Below are positions 8,989-18,883 of a stretch of DNA of 64,000 bases, piece after piece. Below the pieces are notes generated by a model. The model saw nothing but the letters and a program-made list of their open reading frames with translations. It made no database searches and was not told the origin of the DNA. The position numbers and the translations under genes were made by a program. Origin of the DNA: Candidatus Nomurabacteria bacterium (GTDB taxonomy: Bacteria; Patescibacteriota; Minisyncoccia; Phycocordibacterales; UBA9973). Where the stretch lies: the NCBI GenBank assembly GCA_026395955.1, contig JAPLXR010000007.1, forward strand, positions 1,957 through 65,956. The letters are read 5' to 3'. Each line of letters opens with the position of its first letter. Positions within the stretch are counted from its first letter, which is position 1.

Positions 8989-9840
8989 ATGACAATTGGA
9001 ACCTTATTTAAAACAGAAAGAGTAAACACAAAACCTGCTACAGCAAAAACTGCAGGAGTAGAAGAGGTACAAAATGACCCTATTGAGAAACTCAAGAAAG
9101 AATGGGGTGCAAATAACACAAATTCAAATAAAGACAAGAAAAAGAACAGTATTAAGAATGAAAGTCTACCCTCAAATATAAAGGAGGAGTTGCTAATACA
9201 ACAAAGAGAAAGGGAGGAGAAAGAAAAAATAAATAATACATTATTGAATGATTTTGGATATCCTAGTGAAGCATTAAGGACGCTTTCAATTAATCAGAAA
9301 AAGGCTATGTTTTTAGCAAAAACAACATATGCTGATTTTCTAGCTGAAAAAAGAGCTAAAATGGTAGAGGAGATTAATATGACACCTGAGCAACTTCATA
9401 ATACTAACAAAATTCAAGCTTCGGTCAGAAGAACAAATGAACAAGCAAAGGCTTTTGAAGAAAATAAAAAGAGTGGTAAAAAGATAAAAACAACTGAAGA
9501 AAAAGTAGATAATTTAATAGGGGCTATGTTTCCAAAACTTGAATTAATAAAACAATTACCAGATGAAGATGTAGAAGAATGGAGAGAGTACTATCAAGGA
9601 CGACTAAAAAATGAAAATATAAGCAATGAAGCAAAAGAAAGATATTTAAAAAAATTAAAAGTAATTAGAGAATACAAAGAATTCCTTAACGAAGTAGATA
9701 CTTCAAAAACAATTACTAATAAAAAAGGAGAGAAAGAAATATTAGAAATACTTACAAGTAAAATCGAAGCTAAAAGAACAGAAGAGAGAGAGGACAGAAG
9801 AAAAAAAGGTTTATTAAAAGATATAAAAATAAAACAATAA
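8989..9840 (+). CDS. Hypothetical Lys/Glu-rich coiled-coil protein
   Basis: 283-aa ORF behind a consensus promoter; no family recognised. Confidence 0.75.
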   Translation: MTIGTLFKTERVNTKPATAKTAGVEEVQNDPIEKLKKEWGANNTNSNKDKKKNSIKNESLPSNIKEELLIQQREREEKEKINNTLLNDFGYPSEALRTLSINQKKAMFLAKTTYADFLAEKRAKMVEEINMTPEQLHNTNKIQASVRRTNEQAKAFEENKKSGKKIKTTEEKVDNLIGAMFPKLELIKQLPDEDVEEWREYYQGRLKNENISNEAKERYLKKLKVIREYKEFLNEVDTSKTITNKKGEKEILEILTSKIEAKRTEEREDRRKKGLLKDIKIKQ

Positions 9841-9844
9841 AATT

Positions 9845-12800
9845 ATGTCAGAACAACCACCAAAAGTTCGCACAAAAGAAGAGATACAGAAAGAACTAGA
9901 TGATCTTGAATTAAATCCTGAAAAACTAAAAGCTGAAGATTTTGATAAAAAAACCAGTGCGCTAGAAAAAGAATTAAAACAAGCAAATAATCTTTCTAAA
10001 AAAGAAAAAAATAATAGGAAAGACAAAGAGCCTAAATACGCTAGAGGTACGAGAATTTGGAACACTGGTTCAAATAACAAAGAAAACAAAGGAGCCTATG
10101 AAATATTGGAAACTCCTTCAAAAGAAAATGGTTATATGTATCTTTTAAACAAAGAAGGTACATCAATAATGGAACCTATTACTGAAGCAGATTTGATAGA
10201 TGCTTTAAATTCTTCATCTGGAATAATTAGAAAAGAAGAAGAAAAACCTAAAACAAAAAAGACTCCAAATTCAAAAAAGAATGAAAATAAAAAAACTACA
10301 GTAGTAGAAAATAAAATTCTAGAAAAAGTAACAAAAGGTAGAAATGTTTGGTTTAACGACAAAGCAAATGGTGGTAATTATATTGTAAATGAAACTCCAG
10401 CTGAAAATAAAGACAAAAAATATGTCTTGAAAAAAGAAAGTGGTGGAGGTAATTTCAGAGTTTCTGCACAAGAACTAGAAAAACTACTAAAGGATGAAAA
10501 AGTACAAGTAGTTTTAAAAGATGGGGAATATGAATTTAAAAAACCAGAAGTAAAAAATATAGTTGCTCCTGCAGTTGTAAAATCTCCGACAGTACCAGCT
10601 ACACCAACAAAAACACCTGATACAAAAAATAAAATTAAAACTCCAGAAGATGCAAAGAAAGAGTACTGGGATTTTATTCGTAAGGCTGTAGATTTAATCA
10701 AGGCAAATGGTTTAGACAGGGTTGTTATTCATGGAGATGAAACTAAAAATAAAGATAAATTAGAAAAATGGAATAGTGGATATACAGAAGAAAAACACAA
10801 AGAGCAAGGCCCTATTCTAGATATTTCTCCTGACTTAGACACAAGAGGTGCACTACTTTTCTTGAACAAAATTCAAGAAGCAAATTCTAATATATTTAAA
10901 AAAGGAGCCTTTATAGAAACAATTCCAAAGGGCACAGAACAGACTTTTACCAAAACAAAAAACAAAGGAAACGAACTTGTACTATATATGGATGTCGGAG
11001 GTAAAAATCCAAGTGTAGAAATAGGAGGTAAAAAAATAAATATATTTGCAGACCATCACGGAACAGAAGGTGGTTTTACAACTTCTGCAACTCAAATAAT
11101 GAAAGACATAGCAGTAACAGGAGGTCTTTCATTAGGCAACAAAGAAGAAACAGAATTTTTAAATAAAACATCTAGCTTTATAGCAAAGTTTGATAACTTG
11201 GCATATTTAGATGATAAAAAAGACAAAAGAGATCCTAAAAGTGAAAGGTTAGTAGATGAAAAATATTTACGAAATACTTTTCCTAGAAGTTTGTATTCAC
11301 TTGCAAAGTTCTTACCATTTGAAACAACCCTAGAAATACTAGGTAATAACGAAAAATTTGAAGATGGTAAAAAAATAGTTGATTGGAAAAATCCATTTCT
11401 AAAAGATGGAAAACCTCGTGATTGGGCAAATACTTTTACTGATGATGAAATAGAAAAAGGAGATATTGGAAAGATCGTTATTGATTATAAAAACCCAATA
11501 AATGGTGAAATAACCAAAATGACTGTAAAAGAGTTGGTTAAAAAAAACAAAGGAGATATAAACTACACAATAAAAGGTGAAGAAACAGCATTAAAAAACC
11601 AAGGTAAAAATACAGAGAGTTCAACTCTAGGTAAATTTGTATTTCATAACTTTGCAGACAATGGAAAAGGCAAAACAAATACAATACCAAAACACATGGC
11701 ATACCTTACATCTCGTGCACTTGGATATGATGCTTTTGTTTCTTACAACCCAGAAAGTGGAGCGATATTTATAAATTCAGATGGAAAGAAAGATCTAATG
11801 CCTGTTTGGGAAAAACTTAATGCAATAATTCCAGGATATCCAAAACCAGTCCGTAATCAAATGATGTTTGCACCGAAAGATCCAGAAATGATGAAAAAGA
11901 TGAAAGACATTTCACAAGAAAAACTTCTTGAGATTTTAGGAGCAAGAGAAAGTAAAGAAAAAGAAATTATTTCTGATAAAGAATATACTGACTTTGTAGA
12001 TAAAAATAAAGTATCTACATCTAGACTAGAAAGTCTTGCAGATAAAGTAATAGCTAGACACCAACTTTCAACAAGAGAACAAGCTATATTCAATGGAAAA
12101 ACTTCTGAAATAAATAAAATTATTGAAGAAAGATCTAAACAAGATAAAAAAGAAAACAAAACTGCTGACTTAAAGAAAGACATCAATAAAAAAATTGACG
12201 ATAAAGACAAGAAGAAGGATGACAAAACAGCGGGACCAACAGCGGAAGATTTAGAAAAACAAAAGAGAGAGAAAGCTGATTTAATGCAAGCTGTTATTTC
12301 TGCACGAGAAGAATTATTTGCTGCAAAAAATTCACCAGAAGGATTCTTTACTAAATTCAAAGCAAAGTGGGCAGGAAAGGCTAGTGAAAAAGAAAAGAGT
12401 ACAACAGAAAAAGAAAAAGCTTACTTCTCTGCCAAAAAAGCATATATAGAAAAATTACCAGCAGGAAGTCCTGAAATAAATATTTTTATACTTTCTGAAA
12501 TGGAAATAGTGAAAGCTAGAAAAATAGAAAACCTTCCACTTTCTGAAAGAATTAAAAATGGAATTTCAAAAGGAATAAAATGGTGGGAAGAAATAGGTAC
12601 AAATCCAGATGATAGTACACTAAAACGTTTTGGTAAAAAGACAGCAAAAGCTCTAGTAGCTATAGGTATTATCGGTGGAGCATCAGCTGCAGCAGTTAGT
12701 GGACTTGCAGCAGTAGGAATAGGTAGCGCTAGTGCACTCGGAGCAGGAGCTACATCATACTTGGGTAGAAAAATGCTTATGTCAGTAGGAATGAGTAGTG

Positions 12801-14152
12801 CAATGTCAATAATGCCACCAGGTGCAAAATCTCTCTTTGCAAAAGTAGTGCCAATGTTCAGTGTTGCTGGTGCATTAGGATATGGAGCTTCAAAAGCTGC
12901 ACAATTTGCAACAAACAAATGGCTCGGCGAAGAATCAATAACCAATAGTTTAAATGCACGCATAGATGCGTTAAAAAATTCAAAAAATGAAACTGAATCT
13001 TTAGATTCAAAATTAAAGAGAATGGAAAAGGAGTATGCAGAAATACATAAATCTGCAGAGAATAAAAGATTCGGAAGAAGACTTATGGGTGGAGTAGTTG
13101 CTCTAGGTACAAGTATCGCTTTCTTAGAATACGGTGGTCATAAAATAGATCAACACAATCTAGAGACACAAACTCATGCAGTACCAGAAAAACATCCAGA
13201 AATAATACACAAAGAAGCACCAGTGGAACAAAATCATGGAATAAATACTAAAGTAGAATTCAGTTCTAATGGAGCTATAGCAACACTTGATAATTTGAAA
13301 GGTGAGTTGAATAAACAATACCATGGAGATTTTTCTCATGCACCAAAAAGTGTTCAAGAATTTATGAATACAAATTCTACTCAAGCTGCTATAAACTTAG
13401 GAATGTTTCATCCGAATGATCCTACAGGAAATGAAAGTATGATGATTATGAGAGGTTCAACTATTAGCTTCGATGAACATGGTAATTTGTCTTATCATGA
13501 CATACAAAAAAATATTGATCATACTCTAATAGAAGGAGATAAAAATTCTGTAGAACAATACCATGGAAACATGTTTCATGCAGGTAATAGTGATCAACAA
13601 ACACACAATTACGATGAAAATTTGAAACCAGTAAGACCAGTAATGAGTTTTGAACATAACATGATAAATGAAACAAATGATGTAAATCATTCTGAAGTTC
13701 CAATAGCAGAAAAAAACATGACATATACAGAAGAAGCGGAAAAAGAAAATGCGGACAATAATGTAAATGTGAATGAAAATAGTAATACAGAAAATAATAA
13801 TTCAAATGAAAATACAGAAACAACACAAGTTGAACATTTCGGTTTACATGCAGACAAATTAGCAGAAGTATTTACCGTTCACGATGAAAATATTAACAAA
13901 CTTTTTGAAGACCAGAAAGTATGGGATAGTGTAAGTTATAGACCAGCAAATTTCTTCATAGAACAATCAGCAGAAGATATGAATGACACTTATAAACCTT
14001 TTATAGAACACATTCAAGATTTGCATGAAAAAAGTGGACTAGAGCCTAGAGCCTCAACAATATTAATGCCAGCAGAAACAGCAGATCAATATATAGAACG
14101 TGCCTTAGAGAAAATCGCATCAGAAGATAAATTAGAAGAAGTTAAACTTTAA
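9845..14152 (+). CDS. Giant multidomain protein with DHH-like phosphoesterase domain and hydrophobic Gly/Ala-rich segments
   Basis: VIHG...DLD...YMDVG...ADHHG...SAT motif order; two N-terminal repeated modules; GA-rich hydrophobic helices near aa 935-1095. Confidence 0.75.
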   Translation: MSEQPPKVRTKEEIQKELDDLELNPEKLKAEDFDKKTSALEKELKQANNLSKKEKNNRKDKEPKYARGTRIWNTGSNNKENKGAYEILETPSKENGYMYLLNKEGTSIMEPITEADLIDALNSSSGIIRKEEEKPKTKKTPNSKKNENKKTTVVENKILEKVTKGRNVWFNDKANGGNYIVNETPAENKDKKYVLKKESGGGNFRVSAQELEKLLKDEKVQVVLKDGEYEFKKPEVKNIVAPAVVKSPTVPATPTKTPDTKNKIKTPEDAKKEYWDFIRKAVDLIKANGLDRVVIHGDETKNKDKLEKWNSGYTEEKHKEQGPILDISPDLDTRGALLFLNKIQEANSNIFKKGAFIETIPKGTEQTFTKTKNKGNELVLYMDVGGKNPSVEIGGKKINIFADHHGTEGGFTTSATQIMKDIAVTGGLSLGNKEETEFLNKTSSFIAKFDNLAYLDDKKDKRDPKSERLVDEKYLRNTFPRSLYSLAKFLPFETTLEILGNNEKFEDGKKIVDWKNPFLKDGKPRDWANTFTDDEIEKGDIGKIVIDYKNPINGEITKMTVKELVKKNKGDINYTIKGEETALKNQGKNTESSTLGKFVFHNFADNGKGKTNTIPKHMAYLTSRALGYDAFVSYNPESGAIFINSDGKKDLMPVWEKLNAIIPGYPKPVRNQMMFAPKDPEMMKKMKDISQEKLLEILGARESKEKEIISDKEYTDFVDKNKVSTSRLESLADKVIARHQLSTREQAIFNGKTSEINKIIEERSKQDKKENKTADLKKDINKKIDDKDKKKDDKTAGPTAEDLEKQKREKADLMQAVISAREELFAAKNSPEGFFTKFKAKWAGKASEKEKSTTEKEKAYFSAKKAYIEKLPAGSPEINIFILSEMEIVKARKIENLPLSERIKNGISKGIKWWEEIGTNPDDSTLKRFGKKTAKALVAIGIIGGASAAAVSGLAAVGIGSASALGAGATSYLGRKMLMSVGMSSAMSIMPPGAKSLFAKVVPMFSVAGALGYGASKAAQFATNKWLGEESITNSLNARIDALKNSKNETESLDSKLKRMEKEYAEIHKSAENKRFGRRLMGGVVALGTSIAFLEYGGHKIDQHNLETQTHAVPEKHPEIIHKEAPVEQNHGINTKVEFSSNGAIATLDNLKGELNKQYHGDFSHAPKSVQEFMNTNSTQAAINLGMFHPNDPTGNESMMIMRGSTISFDEHGNLSYHDIQKNIDHTLIEGDKNSVEQYHGNMFHAGNSDQQTHNYDENLKPVRPVMSFEHNMINETNDVNHSEVPIAEKNMTYTEEAEKENADNNVNVNENSNTENNNSNENTETTQVEHFGLHADKLAEVFTVHDENINKLFEDQKVWDSVSYRPANFFIEQSAEDMNDTYKPFIEHIQDLHEKSGLEPRASTILMPAETADQYIERALEKIASEDKLEEVKL

Positions 14153-14175
14153 TTATTAATTAATAAAAAAATAAA

Positions 14176-14481
14176 ATGGCTACAATAAAACAAACATTAA
14201 TAGAATTGTTCGAATTAGAAAAAATGTCTCCAGAGCAGGCGACAGAGACAGCAGAGAGATTAGCAAAATTAGTAATGCAAGGAGTTTTAACTAGAGTATT
14301 ACCGACATTATCAGAAGAAGATTTACAAAAATATGAAGAAATTATAGACACATATCAAAGCCCAGAAGTATTGTTTGATTTCTTAAACTCTAAAGTTGTA
14401 AACTTTCAAGACATCTTAACAGAAGAAACAGAAAGTTTACATAGAGAACTTTCCGGAGAAATGTCAGCACTAACTAATTAA
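14176..14481 (+). CDS. Small acidic helical CPR protein (DUF5663-like)
   Basis: LIELFELEKMSPE...VLTRVLPTLSEED...FL...NFQDILTEE pattern; family name from memory. Confidence 0.65.
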   Translation: MATIKQTLIELFELEKMSPEQATETAERLAKLVMQGVLTRVLPTLSEEDLQKYEEIIDTYQSPEVLFDFLNSKVVNFQDILTEETESLHRELSGEMSALTN

Positions 14482-14492
14482 AATAAATATTT

Positions 14493-14528
14493 AAAAAACA
14501 TTCTGAAATAAAATTCAGAATGTTTTTT
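14493..14528 (+). terminator. Intrinsic terminator
   Basis: aaaaaacattctgaa-ataaaa-ttcagaatgtttttt. Confidence 0.75.
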
Positions 14529-14549
14529 ATTTTATGCTATATTTGAGTA

Positions 14550-16574
14550 ATGGAACATTTGAATGGCTTAAATAATTCTCAAAAAGAAGCTGCTTTACAC
14601 ACAACAGGTCCACTACTCATAGTGGCTGGGGCAGGAGCAGGGAAGACAAAAACTATAACTCATAGAATTGTTAATCTTATAAAAGAAGGCGTTTCACCAG
14701 AAAAAATATTGGCTGTGACTTTCACAAACAAATCAGCCAAGGAAATGCGTGAGAGAATAATAAATGAAATAGAGAAGAATGCAAAAGGGCAAAATAAGGT
14801 TCCTTTTGTTAGCACTTTTCACGCCCTCGGCGTACACATAATAAAAGAAAACTCACGGTTAATCGGTGTCACAAGACATTTTACTATATTAGATGAAGGG
14901 GATGCTCTATCTATAATAAAAGAAGCTCTAAAAGAAAATGATTTGGACCCAAAACAATTTGAACCGAAAAAAATAAAGAATCTAATAAGCCGAGAAAAAG
15001 GTAAATTTACTAAAATGGAAGATTATTTTGAAAGTGCAACAGAATACCTCCCTCGTATCGTCGCTCGTGTTTGGAAAAGTTATGAAAGCAAAAAAGCAAA
15101 AGAAAATGCACTTGATTTCGATGATCTACTTTCAAAAGCTACACTACTGTTAAAAGAAAACAAGGAAGTTAGAAAAATGTACCAAGATCGCTGGAGTCAT
15201 ATACATATAGATGAGTATCAGGATACAAACGAAGCTCAATACGTAATGAGTAAATTACTATCTGAAAATCATAAAAATATATGTGTTGTCGGAGATGCTG
15301 ATCAAAATATTTATTCTTGGCGTGGAGCAAATTTAAAAAATATTTTATCTTTTGAAAAAGATTATCCAGATGCAAAAATAGTTTTGCTTGAAGAAAATTA
15401 CCGTTCAACACAAAATATACTAGAAGCAGCAAATACAATAATAAAGAAAAACAAATATCGTCCTGATAAAAATCTATTTACATCAAACCCTGTCGGTGAA
15501 AAAATTTCTGTCTATGAAGCACTCGAGGAAACTGAAGAGGCTGATTTTATAGCTACAAAAATTTTAGAAATTGTAGATGGTTCCGACAGTAATAAAATTT
15601 TTGATCCTGCGCCCTTCTTTGGGCGCAATTCTGGGGACAAAGTGGGATCCTTGGATACAAAAATTTCATCACTGTCTCCACAATTTAGCGACATAGCTAT
15701 TTTATACCGTGCGAATTTTCAATCACGCGTACTCGAAGAAGCAATGCTAAGGTACAATATTCCATATCAAGTTTTGGGAGTAAAATTCTTCGAGAGAAAA
15801 GAAATAAAAGACACACTCGCATATCTACGCGCAGCGATGAATCCTGAAAGTTTATCTGATATAAAAAGAATTATAAATTTCCCAGCACGAGGGATAGGCA
15901 AAGTTACTCTCGCAAAAATATTTGTAAAAGAAACATCTGACTTACCAATAAAAATGCAAATTAAAATAAAAAACTTCTATGAACTACTAGAAGAAATAAA
16001 AGCAAACATAGAACACAACACGGTATCAGAAGTTATAAAATTCGTAATTAAAAAAACAGGAATAGAAGAAGAATTGAAAAATGGGGGAGATGAAGAAATG
16101 GAAAGATTAGCAAACATAAAAGAACTCGCAACTCTCGCTCTCAAATATGAGAATCTAGAAAATGGACTAGGAGTAGAAAAACTTATCGAAGACGCATCTC
16201 TCGCCTCTGATCAAGATTCAATAATGATCACGGAAGAAAAACCTGAAAAAGTAAATGCTGTAAAACTCATGACTGTCCATGCTTCAAAAGGACTTGAGTT
16301 TAAATATGTTTTCGTCACAGGACTCGAAGAAGGACTTTTTCCAAGCCAGCGTGATACTGAAAGTAAATCAGCAGAAGATAGTGAGGAAGAACGCAGGCTT
16401 TTCTATGTAGCCATAACTCGTGCACGTGAAAAATTATTTTTATCTTTTGCAAATTTCCGTACTATATTCGGAGAGAGAAGAATCAATTCGCCATCACAAT
16501 TCATATCAGATATTCCAGGAGATATAATAGAGAAGGGAGGTGAGAATCAAAATGTAAAAACAATATATATTTAG
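14550..16574 (+). CDS. pcrA: ATP-dependent DNA helicase PcrA/UvrD with in-frame palindromic insertion
   Basis: AGAGAGKTKT, IDEYQDTN, VVGDADQNIYSWRGA, LEENYRST, LMTVHASKGLEF, EEERRLFYVAITRA. Confidence 0.96.
   Translation: MEHLNGLNNSQKEAALHTTGPLLIVAGAGAGKTKTITHRIVNLIKEGVSPEKILAVTFTNKSAKEMRERIINEIEKNAKGQNKVPFVSTFHALGVHIIKENSRLIGVTRHFTILDEGDALSIIKEALKENDLDPKQFEPKKIKNLISREKGKFTKMEDYFESATEYLPRIVARVWKSYESKKAKENALDFDDLLSKATLLLKENKEVRKMYQDRWSHIHIDEYQDTNEAQYVMSKLLSENHKNICVVGDADQNIYSWRGANLKNILSFEKDYPDAKIVLLEENYRSTQNILEAANTIIKKNKYRPDKNLFTSNPVGEKISVYEALEETEEADFIATKILEIVDGSDSNKIFDPAPFFGRNSGDKVGSLDTKISSLSPQFSDIAILYRANFQSRVLEEAMLRYNIPYQVLGVKFFERKEIKDTLAYLRAAMNPESLSDIKRIINFPARGIGKVTLAKIFVKETSDLPIKMQIKIKNFYELLEEIKANIEHNTVSEVIKFVIKKTGIEEELKNGGDEEMERLANIKELATLALKYENLENGLGVEKLIEDASLASDQDSIMITEEKPEKVNAVKLMTVHASKGLEFKYVFVTGLEEGLFPSQRDTESKSAEDSEEERRLFYVAITRAREKLFLSFANFRTIFGERRINSPSQFISDIPGDIIEKGGENQNVKTIYI
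15585..15676 (+). repeat. Palindromic element (family A) inserted in frame in pcrA
   Basis: gacagt..aaatttttgatcc / ggat.caaaaattt..actgtc stem with inner tgcgccc/gggcgca hairpin; adds about 30 aa before DIAILYR. Confidence 0.8.
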
Positions 16575-16617
16575 TCCTCACCACTTCTAGCGATAGCAAA
16601 GAGTGGTGAGTAAAATT

Positions 16618-17487
16618 ATGAAAACAATACAACACAAAGCAAAAAAATCATTAGGGCAAAACTTTTTAAAATCAGTACCAGCACTGCATGCTATTGTGAA
16701 TGCAGGTGAAATAAAAGATACTGATACTATTTTAGAAATTGGTCCTGGTAAAGGTGCCCTCACAGAGAAACTTTTAGAAGTCGCAGGTACTGTTATCGCA
16801 ATAGAAAAAGATCGCGACTTGTTAGAATTTTTACAAACAAAATTTTCTAAAAAAATTACAGAAGGTAAATTTATTTTAATAAATGGAGATGTGCTAGAAG
16901 TGGAGGATAGTATTGTAAAAAACCTTGGTAGGAGCGACGGCGACGGACAGAGAAAATCTTTAGCAAAAGATTTTCGTGTTTTCGAAAATGCTATCCTCCA
17001 CGGAGGATATAAAATAATTGCAAATATTCCATACAACATTACTGGAGCGATTTTGAAAAAGTTCCTTACTGCAGAAAATCAACCAGAAAGAATGGTATTA
17101 ATGGTGCAAAATGAAGTAGCAAAGAGAATAGTCGCTCGTGATGGAAGTGAAAGTATTTTATCTATCTCAGTCAAAGCATATGGAAATCCAAAAATAATTA
17201 TGAAAGTTCCTGCACGATATTTTTCTCCAGCACCAAAAGTTGATTCTGCAATTATAGCTATCACAGAAATAAATAGAAATAATTTTAAAAATAAAAACTT
17301 AGAGGAAAAATTCTGGGAACTGGTAAAGACTGGTTTTGCACATAAAAGAAAAATACTACTAAGTAATCTCAAAGAACTTGCTAGGCAAGACCTAGCAAGT
17401 ATATTTGTGAATTTAAAAATACCAGAAAAAGCTCGAGCTGAAAATTTAAAACCAGTAGACTGGCTAGAAATTGCTAAAAAATTATAA
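16618..17487 (+). CDS. rsmA: 16S rRNA m6,2A dimethyltransferase KsgA with in-frame insertion
   Basis: AKKSLGQNFL, LEIGPGKGALT, IANIPYNIT, FSPAPKVDSA; start at ATG 16618 (GTG 16603 possible). Confidence 0.96.
   Translation: MKTIQHKAKKSLGQNFLKSVPALHAIVNAGEIKDTDTILEIGPGKGALTEKLLEVAGTVIAIEKDRDLLEFLQTKFSKKITEGKFILINGDVLEVEDSIVKNLGRSDGDGQRKSLAKDFRVFENAILHGGYKIIANIPYNITGAILKKFLTAENQPERMVLMVQNEVAKRIVARDGSESILSISVKAYGNPKIIMKVPARYFSPAPKVDSAIIAITEINRNNFKNKNLEEKFWELVKTGFAHKRKILLSNLKELARQDLASIFVNLKIPEKARAENLKPVDWLEIAKKL
16900..17001 (+). repeat. Palindromic element (family B) inserted in frame in rsmA
   Basis: gtggaggatagtatt / aatgctatcctccac 15-bp stem, exactly 102 nt (34 codons); inner gaaaatcttt-agca-aaagattttc. 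Confidence 0.85.
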
Positions 17488-17507
17488 CTTTATGTTATAA
17501 TTTATAT

Positions 17508-17900
17508 ATGCAAAAAATGGCAAAAAAAGACTGGACTAAACTTTCTATACTAATAGTACTAATAGTCTCATTTGAAATAGCTCATGCATCTAGTGGTCAA
17601 TTTTTTGCTGGTAGAATAACTCAAGCTCCTGATCAAGAAGTACAATCTTTAGCAGACTCTGATTATACTTGTGAACCAGAAAATACGACCATAGATATTC
17701 AATCATTTAAAGGTCCAACAGCTTACTATATACCACAAGGCACAGAATCAAAAACAAAAAACCAACAAAAAGATGGTCAATTAGTAATAGGACGTTATAG
17801 TGGCACAACAACGATAACATGCACAGAAGACACTGAACCTTACGATGTACAAACATTTCAATTTAACACGATAGATATGTGGGCAAATTCAAAACAATAA
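17508..17900 (+). CDS. Hypothetical exported protein
   Basis: Signal peptide (AHA|S), two Cys; first gene of the secretion-associated block. Confidence 0.75.
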   Translation: MQKMAKKDWTKLSILIVLIVSFEIAHASSGQFFAGRITQAPDQEVQSLADSDYTCEPENTTIDIQSFKGPTAYYIPQGTESKTKNQQKDGQLVIGRYSGTTTITCTEDTEPYDVQTFQFNTIDMWANSKQ

Positions 17901-18883
17901 TGTTAAATAAAATAATAAATAGTAAATATATGCCTAGTAAAAAAATAAAAATAGTTTTATTTATTTTTATTTTTTTACTAGTTATTTTATTTATTTTCTT
18001 AAAATCATCAACAAAATCAAGCTTTTTTTCAAAAAAAGATAATTTAGAGGTTCAGAATTCAACAATAAATGACCTTATAGCAAAAGACACAGATGGTGAT
18101 GGTATTCCAGATTGGGAAGAGTCACTTTGGGGGACTGACAAAAACAAAGTATCAACTTTTACTGGAACAGATGATAAAACATACATTGAAAACAAGAAAA
18201 AAGAACTAAGTTTGTCAAATGCAAGTAGTACAGACAATTTAACAGAAACACAAAAATTCTCTAGAGATTTCTTTACAGCTTTTATGTCTATGAAAACAGG
18301 ACAAGTAGACAATACTACAATTAATAGTTTTTCTGCTGCGTTAGGACAAAAAGTAGCAGATCCTAATCTAACAGATCAATACACTGAAAAAGATTTAAAA
18401 TTAGATGTTTCAGGAGATTTAAATAAACAAAAAAAATATTACATGAGTATACAGAGTCTTTTTGAACAATATCAACTTTCAGGATTAGGAGACGAATTAG
18501 ATATTGTTAGCCAAACATTGGCATCTGGAGATGATACAAATAAAGCAACTCAAATAATGCAATTACTTAAAATATCTGATGCTTACAAGGGTTTTGCATC
18601 TAAAATCATGGATTTAGAAGTTCCAGAAAAACTAAAAAATATACATCTAAGGATAGCAAACAGTTCAAATAACACAGGAATCAGTGTCTTAAATATGTCT
18701 AAAATAATAGGAGACCCTGTTGTTGGATTGTCCGGCCTTTCTCAATATCAAAAATATAGTAATGATTTAATAATTGCTGCTGGTGACCTAGAGACAACTC
18801 TACCAGATAATGGTAATATAGTAAGTAATACAAAAAATGTTAAAAGTAGCACCCAACAAAATTTATTAAATAGTATTCAATAA
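17900..18883 (+). CDS. Membrane-anchored protein with DxDxDG (thrombospondin type 3-like) Ca-binding motif
   Basis: N-terminal TM helix; KDTDGDGIPDWEESLWGTD; start could be 17879, 17900 or 17930. Confidence 0.8.
   Translation: MLNKIINSKYMPSKKIKIVLFIFIFLLVILFIFLKSSTKSSFFSKKDNLEVQNSTINDLIAKDTDGDGIPDWEESLWGTDKNKVSTFTGTDDKTYIENKKKELSLSNASSTDNLTETQKFSRDFFTAFMSMKTGQVDNTTINSFSAALGQKVADPNLTDQYTEKDLKLDVSGDLNKQKKYYMSIQSLFEQYQLSGLGDELDIVSQTLASGDDTNKATQIMQLLKISDAYKGFASKIMDLEVPEKLKNIHLRIANSSNNTGISVLNMSKIIGDPVVGLSGLSQYQKYSNDLIIAAGDLETTLPDNGNIVSNTKNVKSSTQQNLLNSIQ

Noticed and set aside
10132-13826. Several minus-strand ORFs opposite the 1435-aa gene (and similar shadow ORFs across the window)
   Set aside because: Antisense shadows of long coding regions with Phe/Ser/Leu-biased composition and no motifs.
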